A stretch of DNA of 64,000 nt from Pseudobdellovibrionaceae bacterium (GCA_044359815.1 JBIKLL010000005.1:18840-82839), one strand, 5' to 3'; counted from the first letter of the stretch, positions 45,292 to 56,317 are shown. Made by a program: numbers and translations. The notes: generated by a model from the sequence alone, not told the origin.

Positions 45292-46536
45292 TTAAAATCC
45301 TAAATCAGAATTAAAGCCAGTTTCGGTGGCGCGGTAAGGGTTGTCAGCCAACTGGATTAAATAGATTGCAGGGTTCAGATTTTTTCTGAAAACCTCTTGG
45401 ATGATTTCATCACCTGGATAAAATCCGCCTGGGTTAAATCCCGAATTTGCAGGATCCAGCTCAAAGGTAAATGAAAAAATCTTGTGAGTTCCGTAGGACC
45501 AATCAGTGGTGTCACCGCTTGCAATGTACAATTCAGAACTCTGTTGCGGAGTGTATCCATTCCATTCGGCCATTTTTTCAGCCATAGTTTTCAAAGTCTG
45601 ATAATCCTTGGCCTCTGAAATACTTTGGTGAGTGTGTCCCCACGGATACAAAATCAACTGAGAAAAAGTGTGAAACGATAGCAAAATATTAATGTTGTCG
45701 CGTGAATCCACGTATTTTTTTATAGCCTGAGTTTCGGGTTCGCTGAAAGGTGTTGGTCCCATGTAAATGTCACTATAAGGACTGTTCGAGCTGCCCCCAG
45801 TGCCCCACTTAAAGCCATAATTTCTGTTCAGGTCGACGCCGAATGATCCGTTTGAATTAGCTCTTCGGTTTTTACGCCAAAATTTGTAGCTTCCGGTAGC
45901 AACATCAAACTCTAAACCGTCAGGATTAACCGCAGGCAAAATTGTTACCAATCTTGAATTCAGTAAACTCTGAATAGCAGCGTTGCCTTTAGTGTATTCA
46001 TTGACCAGGTGCTCAGCCAACAGCAAAGGAACTTCGACACTTAAATGTTCCCTGGCGTGATGTCCACCCATAAAAAACACTGCAGGTAAATTAGATGTGT
46101 CCTCAAGCTTTCCTGAAATTTCCAAAGCCCAAAGGTCTCGACCTTCAATTGATTTTCCCAAAGAAATTTTTCTGACAATTTTGCTGTTAGAGCCTGCAAT
46201 TTTGTCTAACTTGGCTGTCAGCTCAGCATAATTATGATATTTTTCATCTTCAACGGGGAAATCCATTTCGTCGGTGATGGCATGGTAGCTTTCAAGCCAA
46301 CCCAATTTTTTAAGTTTTTGCAATTCCTCAAAACCCGCAAAACCATAGGCATAGCCATCACGCACGCCTTCAATTGATGTGCCTGTGTTTACGATAATAG
46401 TTCGTTCAAATGAACTGGCGGCTCGCAATTTAACCCAGTACATTGTTTGCTCTGATGTCAGAGCTTGGTTAGCCGGCAGTAATGAAATTAATATTCCAAA
46501 GGCCATAGCAGATAATTTCAAAATCCTTTTTGTCAT
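45292..46536 (-). CDS. Secreted M14 zinc carboxypeptidase (carboxypeptidase T-like)
   Basis: HHAREH, WRKNR, GVDLNRNY, FSEPET, FHTF and FTFEL motifs. Confidence 0.95.
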   Translation of the reverse strand: MTKRILKLSAMAFGILISLLPANQALTSEQTMYWVKLRAASSFERTIIVNTGTSIEGVRDGYAYGFAGFEELQKLKKLGWLESYHAITDEMDFPVEDEKYHNYAELTAKLDKIAGSNSKIVRKISLGKSIEGRDLWALEISGKLEDTSNLPAVFFMGGHHAREHLSVEVPLLLAEHLVNEYTKGNAAIQSLLNSRLVTILPAVNPDGLEFDVATGSYKFWRKNRRANSNGSFGVDLNRNYGFKWGTGGSSNSPYSDIYMGPTPFSEPETQAIKKYVDSRDNINILLSFHTFSQLILYPWGHTHQSISEAKDYQTLKTMAEKMAEWNGYTPQQSSELYIASGDTTDWSYGTHKIFSFTFELDPANSGFNPGGFYPGDEIIQEVFRKNLNPAIYLIQLADNPYRATETGFNSDLGF

Positions 46537-46691
46537 GATCCCTCCATTTTTTGGATCTGTTTTTTTGTCCCTTTAACGATACGAAATTTTCCAGGAATTC
46601 CAACAAATTTTTGTGTGTGGCAGAATCAATAAATCTGATTGCAGTAATAAGCCGTTGGATGGTTCACATTTAGATTTTCGATGTCAGTCGA

Positions 46692-47219
46692 TTATTGAAA
46701 GTCTTGGACTTGGGCAATGTAGGGCAGATTTCTGTACTGACCCTGGTAATCCAACCCGTAACCCACTACAAAGTCATTTGGAATTTTAAAACCCACATAA
46801 TCAATTTTGCAGGGGACTTTTAGGGCTTCAGGTTTTTCCAGTAATGAAACTGTGGTTAAGCTTTTGGGTTTTCGGCTTTCCATGGCAGTTTTTAAATAAT
46901 TCATTGTTAAGCCAGTATCTACGATGTCTTCAACCAACAAAACGTGTTTGCCTTCAACAGGGGTTGATAAATCCAAAGTCACCTTCACTTCGCCCGAAGA
47001 AGTGGTGCCGTGGTAGCTGGATACACCAAAAAATTCGCAGCTCAAATCAGTTTCAATGTTTCTGATTAAATCCGAAAAAAACATAAACGAACCTTTTAAA
47101 ACACAAACAGCCACCAGATCCTTGTCCTTGAATTTGTCGGTCAAAGTCTTTCCCAGTTCCAGCACTCGGGCCTGGATTTTTTCTTCAGAAATATAGGATG
47201 ACAGTTTTAAATTATTCAT
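46692..47219 (-). CDS. hpt: Hypoxanthine phosphoribosyltransferase
   Basis: VLKGS, VEDIVDTGLT and FVVGYGLDY motifs. Confidence 0.97.
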   Translation of the reverse strand: MNNLKLSSYISEEKIQARVLELGKTLTDKFKDKDLVAVCVLKGSFMFFSDLIRNIETDLSCEFFGVSSYHGTTSSGEVKVTLDLSTPVEGKHVLLVEDIVDTGLTMNYLKTAMESRKPKSLTTVSLLEKPEALKVPCKIDYVGFKIPNDFVVGYGLDYQGQYRNLPYIAQVQDFQ

Positions 47220-47310
47220 AGGGGCTCCCTGTTGATAAATCCCTCAAAGGTTGCCCGACAACAGGGAACAGCGTCAAGTTTTAAGCCATTTAAACGTCAC
47301 GCCAAGATTT

Positions 47311-48321
47311 TTATTTACCCAAAAATATCAGCAAGGTTAATTCAGACTGTCCCGAGGTAAAGGATTTGGATTTGAGGATTTGATAAACCGGATCGGCCTT
47401 GGATTCATTGTCGGAGCCCTTGTCTTCGGTGTTTTTTGCCAGAAAGCCGGTCAGATAAAACACCTGCCCCTGTTGCAGGGTAAAGTTCGAATTATACGAG
47501 CGGCGATTGACAGTGGGTCCTTCCTTTAGATTTTTCATAACCTCCAGATCAAACCGAATTCCCTGATCGCTAAATTCTGAAGTCATCACATCTAAAAACA
47601 ATCCCAGTTCACCTGATTGATCGTCGCCACTGCTGAGCGAGCTTATCAGTTGTGCCTGTGAAGCCGTTAGGGATAATTGCTTTTCAGTTTCAGTCAGTTG
47701 CCTGTAACCTTTTAATTGCTTCACCGAATTTATCCCAGCACCGACAATCCCCCACTGAACGTTTTCTTCAAATTTAGACACGGTGCCGTTATTTGTTTCA
47801 ATCCACTTCTTAAGCTCTTCTTTGTCAGTTTCAGCAAATACAAATCGGCTGACTCCTGGGCGTTCGCCCTCTGGGGATTTTTGAGATTCTGAAACATCGC
47901 GCTTAGAAACCGACTTCAGATCGTCAGTGATTTGTTCGTCGGCTGCACGCGAAATCGCACTGGCAGATACGTTACCCTCGATAGTGGCATTTAGTTTTTC
48001 ATCAAAGTCTTGGGCGGGATCGGCCTGCGCATCTGATGGCAGGTTTTCTGAATCCTTTCGTTTTTCAACGATGACGGGTGAGCTTTCCCCCTGCAGGTAT
48101 TCCATCCGGCTTTCCAGTTCTGAGTTTCTACTTTCTCTTATGTAAAAAATAGCGCTAATGGCGATGCCAGAAACTAAAACAACATGTAAATACGGACTCA
48201 GCAAAAAGGACTTTATTAGTGGTTGCTTTTTTGGAGTATAAACAGTCATATTCACGCCACATTGTGCGCAAAACTGATCATTGGGCTGAGAAAAACCGCA
48301 TTTAGGACAAGACACCAACAT
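47311..48321 (-). CDS. Zinc-ribbon + TM hypothetical protein
   Basis: CPKCG...CAQCG followed by a single TM helix. Confidence 0.75.
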   Translation of the reverse strand: MLVSCPKCGFSQPNDQFCAQCGVNMTVYTPKKQPLIKSFLLSPYLHVVLVSGIAISAIFYIRESRNSELESRMEYLQGESSPVIVEKRKDSENLPSDAQADPAQDFDEKLNATIEGNVSASAISRAADEQITDDLKSVSKRDVSESQKSPEGERPGVSRFVFAETDKEELKKWIETNNGTVSKFEENVQWGIVGAGINSVKQLKGYRQLTETEKQLSLTASQAQLISSLSSGDDQSGELGLFLDVMTSEFSDQGIRFDLEVMKNLKEGPTVNRRSYNSNFTLQQGQVFYLTGFLAKNTEDKGSDNESKADPVYQILKSKSFTSGQSELTLLIFLGK

Positions 48322-48480
48322 TCAGTCAGTCTAGCGCAAGACCCCGTCTGACAAAAGACTTCTTTTGATGTTTCTTGGGACTAAGGTCATGGTTTTACAC
48401 AGGCTTAACTGCATTTGTACTGGTTGAAACTTTGATGCAGTTGAAATTTAATTTTTAGGTAACAGGTTTTAAGAATTTGT

Positions 48481-49422
48481 ATGGCAGAGCAGAATAAACA
48501 CATTCCCGTTATGTTGAATCAGGTTTGCGAAATGCTAAAGCCTGCTTTGCAGATCGATGGTCAACCCATTTATTACGATGGAACATTTGGCAGAGGGGGG
48601 CATTTTAAGGCGTTGATGGAACAGCACCCGCAAATGATCGCCTACGTGACTGACAAGGATTTGCAGGCGGTTGAGTTTGCTCAGAAAGAATTTGCTGATT
48701 TGATTGCAAGAAATAGTTTTTTTATTTTCCATCAGTCTTTTTATCAGTATCTTGAATCAACAAAACAACAGCACGATGCAATCCTGCTGGACTTGGGGGT
48801 CAGTTCTCCGCAACTGGACAGCGCCGAAAGAGGATTTTCCTTTTACCACGATGGCCCCATGGATATGAGAATGGATCAATCACGTGGACTTACGGCTGAA
48901 TTAATTTTGCACAGTTACAGTCATGAAGATTTGCTCAGAATTTTTCAGGACTATGGTGAGATCCGCAGGCCCTTAAAAGTAGTCAAAGCCATTATAAACG
49001 ACAGAAACACTAAAAAATTTAGTTCGACTAAAGACTTTGCTGAAATGATTGCCAGAATTGATGGGTGGAAACGCAAAGGGTTTCATCCAGCGACTTTGTA
49101 TTTTCAGGCACTCAGGATTGAAGTCAATCAAGAGCTTAATCTATTGGCCGATTCATTGGCATTGGCCATCGACAGACTAAAGCCTAATGGTCGTCTAGCA
49201 GTGCTGACCTTTCATTCTCTAGAGGATAGAATAGCTAAAAACACTCTAAAGGGAGCAGTGGATAAAGGTTTTATGGTCAATAAAAAAGTCATCATAGCAA
49301 GCGATGATGAAACCAAAACCAACCCACGATCCCGAAGTGCGAAATTGCGAGTGTTTCAAAAAGCAGGGGAAGATGGGTCGTACAATGAAGATTATCAAAA
49401 ATCGAAAAGAAAATTTATCTGA
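48481..49422 (+). CDS. rsmH: 16S rRNA m4C1402 methyltransferase
   Basis: HIPV, DGTFGRGGH, DLGVSSPQLD, FHSLEDR and NPRSRSAKLR motifs. Confidence 0.97.
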   Translation: MAEQNKHIPVMLNQVCEMLKPALQIDGQPIYYDGTFGRGGHFKALMEQHPQMIAYVTDKDLQAVEFAQKEFADLIARNSFFIFHQSFYQYLESTKQQHDAILLDLGVSSPQLDSAERGFSFYHDGPMDMRMDQSRGLTAELILHSYSHEDLLRIFQDYGEIRRPLKVVKAIINDRNTKKFSSTKDFAEMIARIDGWKRKGFHPATLYFQALRIEVNQELNLLADSLALAIDRLKPNGRLAVLTFHSLEDRIAKNTLKGAVDKGFMVNKKVIIASDDETKTNPRSRSAKLRVFQKAGEDGSYNEDYQKSKRKFI

Positions 49423-49714
49423 AGACTGGGGCGAGGTAAAACCCATAATCAGTATCGTCATGGTTGTTGCCAGTTTAATGGTTTTGGTTATGCTAAAAAT
49501 CGAAGAACGACGGATGGGCTACGAGATGTTAAAGCTCAGCCGACAGCAACGGATTCTGGTTGAAGAAAAACGAATCAAAACCATCAAGATTGCAAAGCTG
49601 CTAAAGCCTCAGCAAATCGAAAAAATGGCTCATTCCAGACTGACCATGAAGCGCATCGAACAAAATCAAATCATTCATTTAAATGACAATTTTTCGAACA
49701 GAGAGGTTAATTGA
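49373..49714 (+). CDS. ftsL: FtsL-like cell division protein
   Basis: TM + coiled coil between rsmH and ftsI; start approximate. Confidence 0.7.
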   Translation: MGRTMKIIKNRKENLSEDWGEVKPIISIVMVVASLMVLVMLKIEERRMGYEMLKLSRQQRILVEEKRIKTIKIAKLLKPQQIEKMAHSRLTMKRIEQNQIIHLNDNFSNREVN

Positions 49715-51705
49715 CTTCCAGGATTGTTATTATTTTTATTGTGATGCTGGGATTTTGGAGTTTGTTGCTGTTGCGAGCTATAGCGCTGCAGGTTTTTCCC
49801 AATGACAAACTGGAAGCCTTAAAATCCCGACAGTTTCAAACAGTCATTAATCTGCAAAGCCGCAGGGGAGCCATTACTGACAGAAACGGCAGAGAACTTG
49901 CGATTTCAGTTAAGGCATCATCGATTTATGCTGATCCCGGGATTATTGAAAACCGCTCTGAGGTTTCCAGAAAGCTTGCGACCTTGTTGGGTTATAAAAC
50001 AAAAGATTTGTTTTTAAAAATTAAAGACTACAAAAAACGTTTTGTGTGGCTACGCCGATTCTTGGAACCAGAAATTGGTGAAGCTATTAAAAAAATGAAC
50101 ATCCGTGGAATTCAAGTTGTGGATGAATACAGGCGAGTTTATCCTAATGAAGACCTGATGGGTTCAGCCTTGGGTTTTGTGGGAACCGAAGGCCGTGGGC
50201 TAGAGGGCATTGAGTTTCAATTAAATGAAATGTTGTCTGGAAGCCGCAAAAAAGTTGTGGTTTTGAAAGACGCCAGGGGACGCCCTTTAGTTAATGAAGG
50301 CATGATGTTTACAGAAAATCCTGAAGGGGTCGAAGTCAAACTGACAGTCGATGCGGATTTGCAATATCAGTTAGAAAAAGAACTCAAAGAAGCTATTAGA
50401 CATCACGAGGCCTCGGCTGCTTATGGTGTGATACTGGATGCAAACACTTCAGCAATTTTAGCCATGGCTAATTTACCAGGATTTAATCCCAATTCTGCAT
50501 CCCACTATCCAGAATCTGTTCGCAGAAACAGAACCGTCACTGATGCTTTTGAACCTGGCAGCACTCTGAAGACCTTTGTTGTAGGAGCTGCATTAAAAGC
50601 TGGAATTTTGGCCCCTAATACCAAATACAATACCGAAAACGGAAAACTTAAGATTGGCGATCGCGTAATCAAGGAAGCCGATCAAATGCATAAATGGAAA
50701 AATCTAACAGTCAGTGAAATATTGGCTTTTTCTTCAAACATTGGGACCACAAAAATTGCTTTTGATCTGGGGCCAGAAGTCCTCAGAACTGAGCTTGCAC
50801 AATTTGGTTTTGGCAGCAAGCTGGACACAAAAATGCCTGGCGAAGCCGCGGGCTCGTTGCAGCCATTGCCTTGGAATTTGCATTTACTGAGTAACGTCAG
50901 TTTCGGTCACGGAATTTCAGCTTCGCCTCTGCAAATTGCCAATGCCTATGCCAGCATTGCCAATGGTGGAACTTTGAACACTCCCTATATCGCGCAAGCA
51001 TTCAGGGATGTCGAAACTGGTAAATTTATTGAAACAAAGCCCAAAAAAATCCGCACAGTTTTAGAGCCTTCGGTGGCAAACAGTTTGAAAATGATTTTAG
51101 CCGGAGTGACTGCACCAGGGGGAACTGGTGTGAATGCCAAGGTGGATGGTTATTTGGTAGCTGGCAAAACAGGGACAGCTCAAAAAGTCGATATGAAAAA
51201 TGGTGGTTATTTGAAGGACACTTATATATCCAGTTTCGTTGGATTTATCCCAGCCAATGAGCCACGATTTGTGATTTACATTGCTGTCGATGAGCCATCT
51301 AAGCATTCTTACTATGGCTCACAAGTGGCAGCTCCTGTGTTTTCAAAAGTCGCAGGCTATGCAGTCCGAAAGGAAGGGTTAGCCCCTGTCGTTGTCACGG
51401 ACAAAACAGTGCTGGCCAAGGTGGAAGCGCGCATCCAAGAAAAACAAATCCCCTGGAAATCAGCACAGAACAAAGCTTTGGCAGGGCTATCCAAAACTCA
51501 GTTTAAATTTGTGCCGGATTTACAGGTCACTACCAATCATTTTGTGCCCGATCTGGAAAATCTAACCGCCCGAGAAGTTTTGCAAAAGCTATCAGGACAA
51601 TCAGTTGAAGTCAGATTCCGAGGAACGGGCTTAGTTTCTGAAACCATTCCAATAGCAGGTCAACAATGGAACAACAGTAAAGTTCTTACTGTTATTTTGA
51701 GGTGA
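49711..51705 (+). CDS. ftsI: PBP3/FtsI transpeptidase with PASTA domain
   Basis: RRGAITDRNG, EPGSTLK, SSN and GKTGTAQ motifs; C-terminal VPDL PASTA. Confidence 0.95.
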   Translation: MTSRIVIIFIVMLGFWSLLLLRAIALQVFPNDKLEALKSRQFQTVINLQSRRGAITDRNGRELAISVKASSIYADPGIIENRSEVSRKLATLLGYKTKDLFLKIKDYKKRFVWLRRFLEPEIGEAIKKMNIRGIQVVDEYRRVYPNEDLMGSALGFVGTEGRGLEGIEFQLNEMLSGSRKKVVVLKDARGRPLVNEGMMFTENPEGVEVKLTVDADLQYQLEKELKEAIRHHEASAAYGVILDANTSAILAMANLPGFNPNSASHYPESVRRNRTVTDAFEPGSTLKTFVVGAALKAGILAPNTKYNTENGKLKIGDRVIKEADQMHKWKNLTVSEILAFSSNIGTTKIAFDLGPEVLRTELAQFGFGSKLDTKMPGEAAGSLQPLPWNLHLLSNVSFGHGISASPLQIANAYASIANGGTLNTPYIAQAFRDVETGKFIETKPKKIRTVLEPSVANSLKMILAGVTAPGGTGVNAKVDGYLVAGKTGTAQKVDMKNGGYLKDTYISSFVGFIPANEPRFVIYIAVDEPSKHSYYGSQVAAPVFSKVAGYAVRKEGLAPVVVTDKTVLAKVEARIQEKQIPWKSAQNKALAGLSKTQFKFVPDLQVTTNHFVPDLENLTAREVLQKLSGQSVEVRFRGTGLVSETIPIAGQQWNNSKVLTVILR

Positions 51706-52064
51706 TTATGGCAACAATGATTGCAGTCCTTTTCGCATTGACCCTTTCAGCAAATGAAATCAGATACAATTCCCAGAACGTCAGTGATCGCATTGCGAAA
51801 AAAATGGATGTCATACAGCTTTGTTTTGAAACCGCTCACGAAAAAAAGCCTGGTCTGAAGGGCAAAATGGTTTTTGTTTGGAGCATTGACGACAAAGGTA
51901 AGCCCCAAAAAATAAAATTAAAGTCTTCCGAAATTTCCAGCGTCGAATTGTTTAAGTGTATTGAAAAGGAAATCAAGTCCATCACTTTTGACAAAGCTCC
52001 TCAAGGTGCCAACGTCAATGCGATGAAAGCTTTTATATTTTCCTCAGCAGCCACTCCCCAGTAA
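51702..52064 (+). CDS. AgmX/PglI C-terminal (TonB-C-like) domain protein
   Basis: IQLCFE...PGLKGKM...ID..G...C...I..ITF..P pattern; signal peptide. Confidence 0.75.
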   Translation: MIMATMIAVLFALTLSANEIRYNSQNVSDRIAKKMDVIQLCFETAHEKKPGLKGKMVFVWSIDDKGKPQKIKLKSSEISSVELFKCIEKEIKSITFDKAPQGANVNAMKAFIFSSAATPQ

Positions 52065-52745
52065 AAATTCAGAGGCTTTGGTTAAAACTGCTGGCGGGAT
52101 TTCGTGGGTTCCAGAAAATGAATGCAATTTTCCCTTAAGTCCATTTTGCTGCAAAAAGCCTTCAAGCTTTTGAGCGCCCTTTATGCCCAGAACTGCATCC
52201 TGAGTGCCGTGGCTTTGAAAAAAGGGGATTCCCTTTTTTCCAGAGACTTTATCTTGCCATTCAGCTTTGTTAATTAAATTGCCAGAAAATAAAACCATGG
52301 CCTTGATATTTTGATCCATACTTAAGCACAAATCCGTTGCCAACATCGCACCTTGTGAAAATCCAGATAAAATCAAAGTGCTGGGCTCAATTTTCATTTT
52401 CTTGATAAAATCTAACATGTTTTTTCTGGCCGTATCCAATCCCTCGGGGGCTTGATCGCTTAAATCCATATCACCACTCAGACGTATGCGTTCCTCCCAT
52501 TTTGCCAGGTCAATATTCCACCAGGCCCTGCCGGTCCAACCGGGGCCAATGGGCACGGACAAAAATCCTTGGGGGAAGATCCAGCGCGTAGGCAGTTTAG
52601 TTTTGATGTAATCATTTAGCGGAGCTAAATCATACATATCAGCACCATAGCCGTGCATCATAATCACGGTCTGTTGGTAGTCCGTGTCCTGCGGAAAGGT
52701 TTCAATGTATTTAATGTTTCCTACGGTGTGAATTTTGTCTGACAT
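52044..52745 (-). CDS. Phospholipase/carboxylesterase alpha/beta hydrolase
   Basis: HGYG, GFSQG, HGTQD and HEI motifs. Confidence 0.9.
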   Translation of the reverse strand: MSDKIHTVGNIKYIETFPQDTDYQQTVIMMHGYGADMYDLAPLNDYIKTKLPTRWIFPQGFLSVPIGPGWTGRAWWNIDLAKWEERIRLSGDMDLSDQAPEGLDTARKNMLDFIKKMKIEPSTLILSGFSQGAMLATDLCLSMDQNIKAMVLFSGNLINKAEWQDKVSGKKGIPFFQSHGTQDAVLGIKGAQKLEGFLQQNGLKGKLHSFSGTHEIPPAVLTKASEFLLGSGC

Positions 52746-52812
52746 GTTTTGCCTTTCATTCAGCCATTTATTGCCATTAAAATACAATAGCAACAACAAC
52801 AAAGGAATCAAT

Positions 52813-54330
52813 GTGCCCAGTCATACACAAAAATTAAATCTACCTTTGATCCTTAAAGATTTATTGCTGACGGGCACGGTGGCTTCATCAGACTTGCAGA
52901 ATCTGGCCATCACTGGATTATCCAAGGATTCAAAGGCCATTCAAAAAAATAATTTGTTTGTGGCAATCAAAGGCCAAAAGCACGATGGCCATGATCATAT
53001 TTCTGCGGCCATTCAGGCCGGTGCGAATCTTTGCATCGCTGAACGTGTTCCTGATAACACTGATCCACAAAAGATTCTTTTGGTTAAAAATTCCAGAAAG
53101 GCGTGGGGGATTTTAAATCATGCTTATTTTGGGTTTCCATCTTCTAAACTAAAATGTTTTGGAGTTACTGGAACCAATGGCAAAACTTCATCAGCCTATA
53201 TAATTGAGTTTTTGTTAAACCATTTAGGGGTTGAAACAGCTGTTCTGGGCACAGTCGATCATCATTTCAAAAACAAGATTTGGCCAACCCAATTGACGAC
53301 ACCTGATTCAGCAGAGCTTTATCAACGTCTTGCTGAAATGTCGGCACTTGGAGCGCAAAGCGTGGCCATGGAAATTTCTAGCCATTCCATTGATCAGGGC
53401 CGTTGTGCAGCGTTGGAATTAGATTGTGCGGTTTTTACTAATTTAACCCGCGACCATTTGGATTACCATTTAACAATTGAAGATTATTTTCAGGCAAAAC
53501 TAAAACTGTTTACTGAAATTTTGCACAACAGCTCAAAGCCCAACAGGGTTGCGGCTATAAATATGGATGATGATTTTGGCAAAAGGATTTTAACTGCGAC
53601 ATTGCCAGCAATTAAAATCATTGGATTTGGTAAATCACCTTCGGCAGAATTTAAATTTCAGCTGACTGAATCTAGTCTGTCAGGTCAGCGGTTCACCATA
53701 AATTATAAAAACCAGCAGTATTTGTTTTTCATACCTTTGGTTGGCGAACACAATGTGTACAATGTTGTGGGTTGCCTGGCAGCATTAATGGCCCAGGGAT
53801 ATGATTTGGAAAAAATGATTCAGATTGTTTCAAATTTTCCAGGAGTCCCTGGTCGCTTGCAGCCAGTGCATAGCAACCTTTCAAAGGGTCCTTTTGTTTT
53901 TGTGGACTATGCTCATTCACCCGATGCTCTGGAAAAAGTTTTGAAAGCTCTCAAGCAGATTCAGGGACTGGGAAAATTAAAAGTTTTATTTGGTTGTGGT
54001 GGCGACCGTGATAAGGGCAAAAGACCCATGATGGCCCAAATCAGCGAAAGCTTGGCTGATGAAATTGTGGTGACTTCGGATAATCCCCGCACCGAAGATC
54101 CAGAAAAAATAATTGATGACATCATGAAAGGATTTAAAAATCCTCAGGTGATTCACAGGCAATCCGATCGCAAAAAAGCTTTGCAGCATATTGTGCAAAA
54201 CGCAGGTCAAGGTGATGCTGTATTGATTGCTGGCAAAGGGCATGAAGACTACCAAATCATTGGTGATAAAAAATATCCTTTTTCTGACGTGGCAGAATGC
54301 AGAAATTTTCTGAACGCTAAGGGCAAATAG
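52813..54330 (+). CDS. murE: MurE ligase (meso-DAP type)
   Basis: GVTGTNGKTS, DHLDYH, DYAHSPD, DNPR and GKGHE motifs. Confidence 0.97.
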   Translation: MPSHTQKLNLPLILKDLLLTGTVASSDLQNLAITGLSKDSKAIQKNNLFVAIKGQKHDGHDHISAAIQAGANLCIAERVPDNTDPQKILLVKNSRKAWGILNHAYFGFPSSKLKCFGVTGTNGKTSSAYIIEFLLNHLGVETAVLGTVDHHFKNKIWPTQLTTPDSAELYQRLAEMSALGAQSVAMEISSHSIDQGRCAALELDCAVFTNLTRDHLDYHLTIEDYFQAKLKLFTEILHNSSKPNRVAAINMDDDFGKRILTATLPAIKIIGFGKSPSAEFKFQLTESSLSGQRFTINYKNQQYLFFIPLVGEHNVYNVVGCLAALMAQGYDLEKMIQIVSNFPGVPGRLQPVHSNLSKGPFVFVDYAHSPDALEKVLKALKQIQGLGKLKVLFGCGGDRDKGKRPMMAQISESLADEIVVTSDNPRTEDPEKIIDDIMKGFKNPQVIHRQSDRKKALQHIVQNAGQGDAVLIAGKGHEDYQIIGDKKYPFSDVAECRNFLNAKGK

Positions 54331-54343
54331 CCTTAATCAGTCG

Positions 54344-54762
54344 TTACAGATACTGATCAGTGATCCAGTTCATAAAGTCTTTAATTGAAATCACTCCGCG
54401 GGCTTTGAGGTAATCGTCAACTACCATCAGATGTCTGAATTTTCCTAATCTCATGGCCGCAGAGACCTTGTTCAACGTAGTCGATGTTTTAACACAAACG
54501 GGGTTTTTGGTCATTACGTCTTCAATAAAAGTATGGGATGGGCTCAGATTTTTACTGACTACACGTTTTAACAAATCCCTTTCGGTAAAAATCCCAGTAG
54601 GGATGTGATTTTCTGTGATGACAATGCAGCCAATGTTTTTTTCGCTCATCAGACTGACTACAGCTTCAACGGTTACGCCCATGCTGACTGAAATGACTTC
54701 TCATCGGAAATCATCAGTTCGGAGACCAGATGTTCCTCAAGACTTTTGTTGTTAATAGCCAT
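54344..54762 (-). pseudogene. CBS-pair protein with apparent frameshift near 54700
   Basis: ATG 54762 gives MAINNKSLEEHLVSELMISD in one frame; the CBS continuation EVISVSMGVTVEAVV...GIFTERD is in another frame (track ORF 54344..54682). Confidence 0.65.
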
Positions 54763-54844
54763 TTAAAAATTCTAGCAAAAACATGCGGCTATGCAAGATG
54801 CTTTTGAATCAGAATCATTCAATACTTTTGAATCGGAGGTTGTT

Positions 54845-56272
54845 TTGCGCAGAATTAAAAAATCAGACTTGTTAAAAGCACTTAATCCACAGGATTTAGG
54901 TCATTCGGTTTCTGAGTTTGCATTTATAAACACCGATTCCCGAAAAAATTCAAAAGACTCTTTATTCATTCCTCTTAAGGGGGATAATTTCGATGCCCAT
55001 GATTTTGTTCAGCAGGCCTGTGCTAATGGTGCCACTGGTGTTTTAATTTCTGAATGGCGTTCCGAATGGGAAGTGCTTAAAAAATCAGTTAATTTTTTTC
55101 AAGTTTCTGATTGTTTGTTGGCATTGCAAAATCTGTCGAATTATTTTCGCAAACAATCGGCTGCAAAAATCATTGGTATCACTGGATCCAATGGCAAAAC
55201 CACCAGCAAAGAATTTTCGGCAACCGTGTTGGGCCAACAGTTTCAGGTTCACTACAGTAAGGGAAGTTTTAATAATCATTGGGGGGTTCCGTTTAGCTTG
55301 CTGGCCCAGCCCGATAACGCCACCGTTTCAGTGATTGAAATGGGTATGAATCATGCGGGCGAAATCACAAAGCTCTGTGAAATTGCCAAGCCCGATGTGG
55401 TGGTTTGTTCGATGGTGGGTCAGGCTCACATCGAACATTTTGGTACTATCGAAAACATTGCTAATGCCAAAGAAGAAATTTATTTGCACGCACCTGACAC
55501 AGCCATCAGAATTTTTAATCTGGACAATTTTTATACCAACATGATGTTTCAAAAGGCTCAGTCAAAACAAAATTGGAAAAAGCCTTTTATTACTTTTTCA
55601 TCAAAGGATTCTTCAGCCAATGTGTTTTTAAAAATCACTGAACAGGCTGCAGATCACATAACGGTCAAGGGAACTATTGGTGGTCAAGCTTCGGTGCAGA
55701 CGATCCCTGTTTTTGGTCAGCATAATTTAACCAATCTGATGGTGGCAGCGTCGGTGGGGCTATCTTGCAATATGGATACTGCAAAAATTTGGAGTGGGCT
55801 TGGGCTTTGCAAATCAACCTGGGGACGTAATCAAATTATTAAAACCCAACTGGGAGCGGATATTTTGTTTGATGGTTACAACGCCAATCCTGATTCTATG
55901 AAAGCACTTTTAGAAAACGTGGCACTGATAAAAAATGCTGGCAAAAAATGGGCGGTGTTTGCCGAAATGCTAGAACTTGGTGAGCTCAGTTCCAGTTTGC
56001 ATTTTGAATTGGGAAAGCTTGCGGGACAGAATCAGTTTGATGGGATTTGGTTTTATGGGCCTCATGCTCAGGATTTTGAAGCCGGATTAAAGAAATCTGG
56101 ATTTAACAAAAAGTCAGTGATTGCAAGTACTTATGAAGATTATCTTGCTTCTCAGGTAGCAAGTATGCTAAACCCACAAGACATTCTTTTTGTTAAAGGA
56201 TCTCGGGGGATGAAACTGGAACGCATTGTTCAAGCCTGTCAACCCATTGGGTTTTCATTAACAAAAGAATAA
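54845..56272 (+). CDS. murF: MurF ligase
   Basis: DSR, GITGSNGKTT, NNHWGVP, EMGM, YNANP and KGSRG motifs; TTG start after GGAGG. Confidence 0.97.
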   Translation: MRRIKKSDLLKALNPQDLGHSVSEFAFINTDSRKNSKDSLFIPLKGDNFDAHDFVQQACANGATGVLISEWRSEWEVLKKSVNFFQVSDCLLALQNLSNYFRKQSAAKIIGITGSNGKTTSKEFSATVLGQQFQVHYSKGSFNNHWGVPFSLLAQPDNATVSVIEMGMNHAGEITKLCEIAKPDVVVCSMVGQAHIEHFGTIENIANAKEEIYLHAPDTAIRIFNLDNFYTNMMFQKAQSKQNWKKPFITFSSKDSSANVFLKITEQAADHITVKGTIGGQASVQTIPVFGQHNLTNLMVAASVGLSCNMDTAKIWSGLGLCKSTWGRNQIIKTQLGADILFDGYNANPDSMKALLENVALIKNAGKKWAVFAEMLELGELSSSLHFELGKLAGQNQFDGIWFYGPHAQDFEAGLKKSGFNKKSVIASTYEDYLASQVASMLNPQDILFVKGSRGMKLERIVQACQPIGFSLTKE

Positions 56273-56317
56273 AAGCAAAAAATAAATCGTAGTTTTACGA
56301 CAACAAAAGCGAGAGCA

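Noticed and set aside
45106..45303. 65-aa ORF, plus similar ORFs at 6287-6502, 7540-7836 and the 5' part of 17995-18567
   Set aside because: They lie largely within palindromic repeat DNA, with no RBS or recognisable motif.
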